In this document: in pieces, positions 1 to 486 of the stretch | Numbering within the stretch: the first letter of the stretch is position 1 | How the letters are laid out: each line of letters starts with the position of its first letter | Source of the DNA: Escherichia coli | GTDB taxonomy: Bacteria > Pseudomonadota > Gammaproteobacteria > Enterobacterales > Enterobacteriaceae | Length of the DNA stretch: 486 nt | Strand: one strand, 5' to 3' | Assembly (NCBI RefSeq): GCF_003334405.1 | Contig: NZ_QOWM01000064.1 | Notes under the pieces: model-generated | The model's database searches: none | Told to the model about the DNA's origin: nothing | The model's input: only the letters and a program-made list of their open reading frames with translations | Made by a program: the position numbers and the translations under genes

Positions 1-486
1 GAAGCTGCGCAGCGTTTCCCGGTGCAGGCGGTCGCGGGTGTACTCCACCAGCGGTGTGTCGCCGAGTTTCATGCCTGACAGCCAGCCGCTGCCGTAGGTC
101 AGCCATTCCACGGCGGGCAGGCTGTCCGGTATACAGCGGTTCGCCAGTCCCTGTGCGTTGTACGCATGTCTGGTCTCATGCTGCCAGAGCAGTGCTTCCG
201 TCTGCGGATGATGCACCGTCAGGTGTTCACTGGCGAGGCGGCCTTTACTGTCATAACCATAGTGCACCGTCACCCGGTGCCCTTCGCTGATATGGCTGAT
301 GTCTGTCAGCCAGCCGCGTTCGTCATACTGCCACCGCTCTGCGGTTTCGCCATTCACGGTGCGGTGCGTGAGGCGGTCTGCTTCGTCATAGTGCCAGTGG
401 GTGACCAGCCCCTCATCCTCGCTGCGGATAAGTTTGCCGGTCAGGTCGTGGTGATAACGCTGTGTGCGGCCGTCAAAGCCGGTTTC
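1..486 (-). CDS. Rhs-family YD-repeat protein, internal fragment of the conserved core (partial at both ends)
   Basis: Minus-strand frame with codons ending at + position 486 is open across the whole window (162 codons, no stop; translated by hand). The product has periodic YD-type motifs (RYHHDLTGKLI, WHYDEADRLT, WQYDERGWLT, HYGYDSKGRLAS, VEYTRDRL) spaced about 21-24 residues apart. GC is about 62% (301/486 by hand count). The paralog (rhsA/B/C/D-like) cannot be assigned from 486 bp, so no symbol is given. Confidence 0.88.
25..48 (-). repeat. YD-like repeat unit, degenerate (protein-level): VEYTRDRL
   Basis: Minus-strand codons gtg gag tac acc cgc gac cgc ctg. Tyr and Asp are separated by two residues, followed by RL, and the unit is in phase with the repeat periodicity. 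Confidence 0.45.
45..52 (-). other. Chi octamer (5'-GCTGGTGG-3') on the minus strand
   Basis: Plus strand 45..52 reads CCACCAGC, the exact reverse complement of GCTGGTGG. The match is exact; whether it functions as a RecBCD hotspot depends on the host, which is unknown. Confidence 0.5.
235..264 (-). repeat. YD repeat unit, canonical (protein-level): HYGYDSKGRL, matching YxYDxxGRL
   Basis: Minus-strand codons cac tat ggt tat gac agt aaa ggc cgc ctc. The plus-strand GTCATA at 250..255 is the reverse complement of TAT GAC (Tyr-Asp). Confidence 0.8.
304..333 (-). repeat. YD repeat unit (protein-level): WQYDERGWLT
   Basis: Minus-strand codons tgg cag tat gac gaa cgc ggc tgg ctg aca. Plus-strand GTCATA at 322..327 encodes the YD. 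Confidence 0.7.
367..396 (-). repeat. YD repeat unit, diverged (protein-level): WHYDEADRLT
   Basis: Minus-strand codons tgg cac tat gac gaa gca gac cgc ctc acg. Plus-strand GTCATA at 385..390 encodes the YD. Asp replaces the consensus Gly before RL. Confidence 0.65.
427..459 (-). repeat. YD-like repeat unit, degenerate (protein-level): RYHHDLTGKLI
   Basis: Minus-strand codons cgt tat cac cac gac ctg acc ggc aaa ctt atc. Matches a Y-x-x-D-x-x-G-x-L-I pattern, in phase with the ~22-residue periodicity of the other units. Confidence 0.5.

Noticed and set aside
70-72. Internal ATG on the minus strand (Met in ...GWLSGMKLGDTPL...) as a possible start codon
   Set aside because: The reading frame continues upstream without a stop and carries YD repeat units in phase upstream of this Met, so it is an internal methionine.
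54-290. Supplied plus-strand ORF of 78 aa (MCRRVSCLTASRCRRSAIPRRAGCPVYSGSPVPVRC...)
   Set aside because: It lies entirely antisense to a longer, stop-free minus-strand frame with a clear Rhs/YD-repeat signature. Its Arg/Cys/Ser/Pro-rich, low-complexity composition is typical of a spurious frame opposite a GC-rich gene. It begins with GTG and has no recognisable upstream ribosome-binding context.
331-338. CCACCGCT, a Chi-like octamer on the minus strand (AGCGGTGG)
   Set aside because: It differs from the Chi consensus GCTGGTGG at two positions. Only the exact match at 45..52 is reported.
1-486. Possibility of a promoter, terminator, RNA gene, CRISPR repeat or mobile-element terminus in the window
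   Set aside because: The window is fully occupied by one continuous coding frame. I saw no extended inverted repeat, no AT-rich intergenic stretch and no spacer-repeat periodicity. The only periodicity present is the protein-level ~22-residue YD repeat.

Overview
The whole 486-bp window lies inside a single open reading frame on the minus strand, with no stop codon in that frame (162 codons, truncated at both ends). Its translation (ETGFDGRTQRYHHDLTGKLIRSEDEGLVTHWHYDEADRLTHRTVNGETAERWQYDERGWLTDISHISEGHRVTVHYGYDSKGRLASEHLTVHHPQTEALLWQHETRHAYNAQGLANRCIPDSLPAVEWLTYGSGWLSGMKLGDTPLVEYTRDRLHRETLRSF) carries YD-type repeats at roughly 22-residue spacing, the signature of an Rhs-family core protein (polymorphic toxin scaffold) of the enterobacterial type. 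GC content is about 62% by hand count, which matches the known GC-rich Rhs core. The supplied plus-strand ORF (54..290) is an antisense shadow of this gene. No gene boundary, promoter, terminator, RNA gene, mobile-element end or CRISPR repeat is visible. I do not see a novel system inside this window. The variable part of an Rhs locus (C-terminal toxin tip and immunity gene) would lie off-window, downstream of the gene, i.e. to the left of position 1 on the plus strand. One exact Chi octamer (GCTGGTGG) sits on the minus strand at 45..52.
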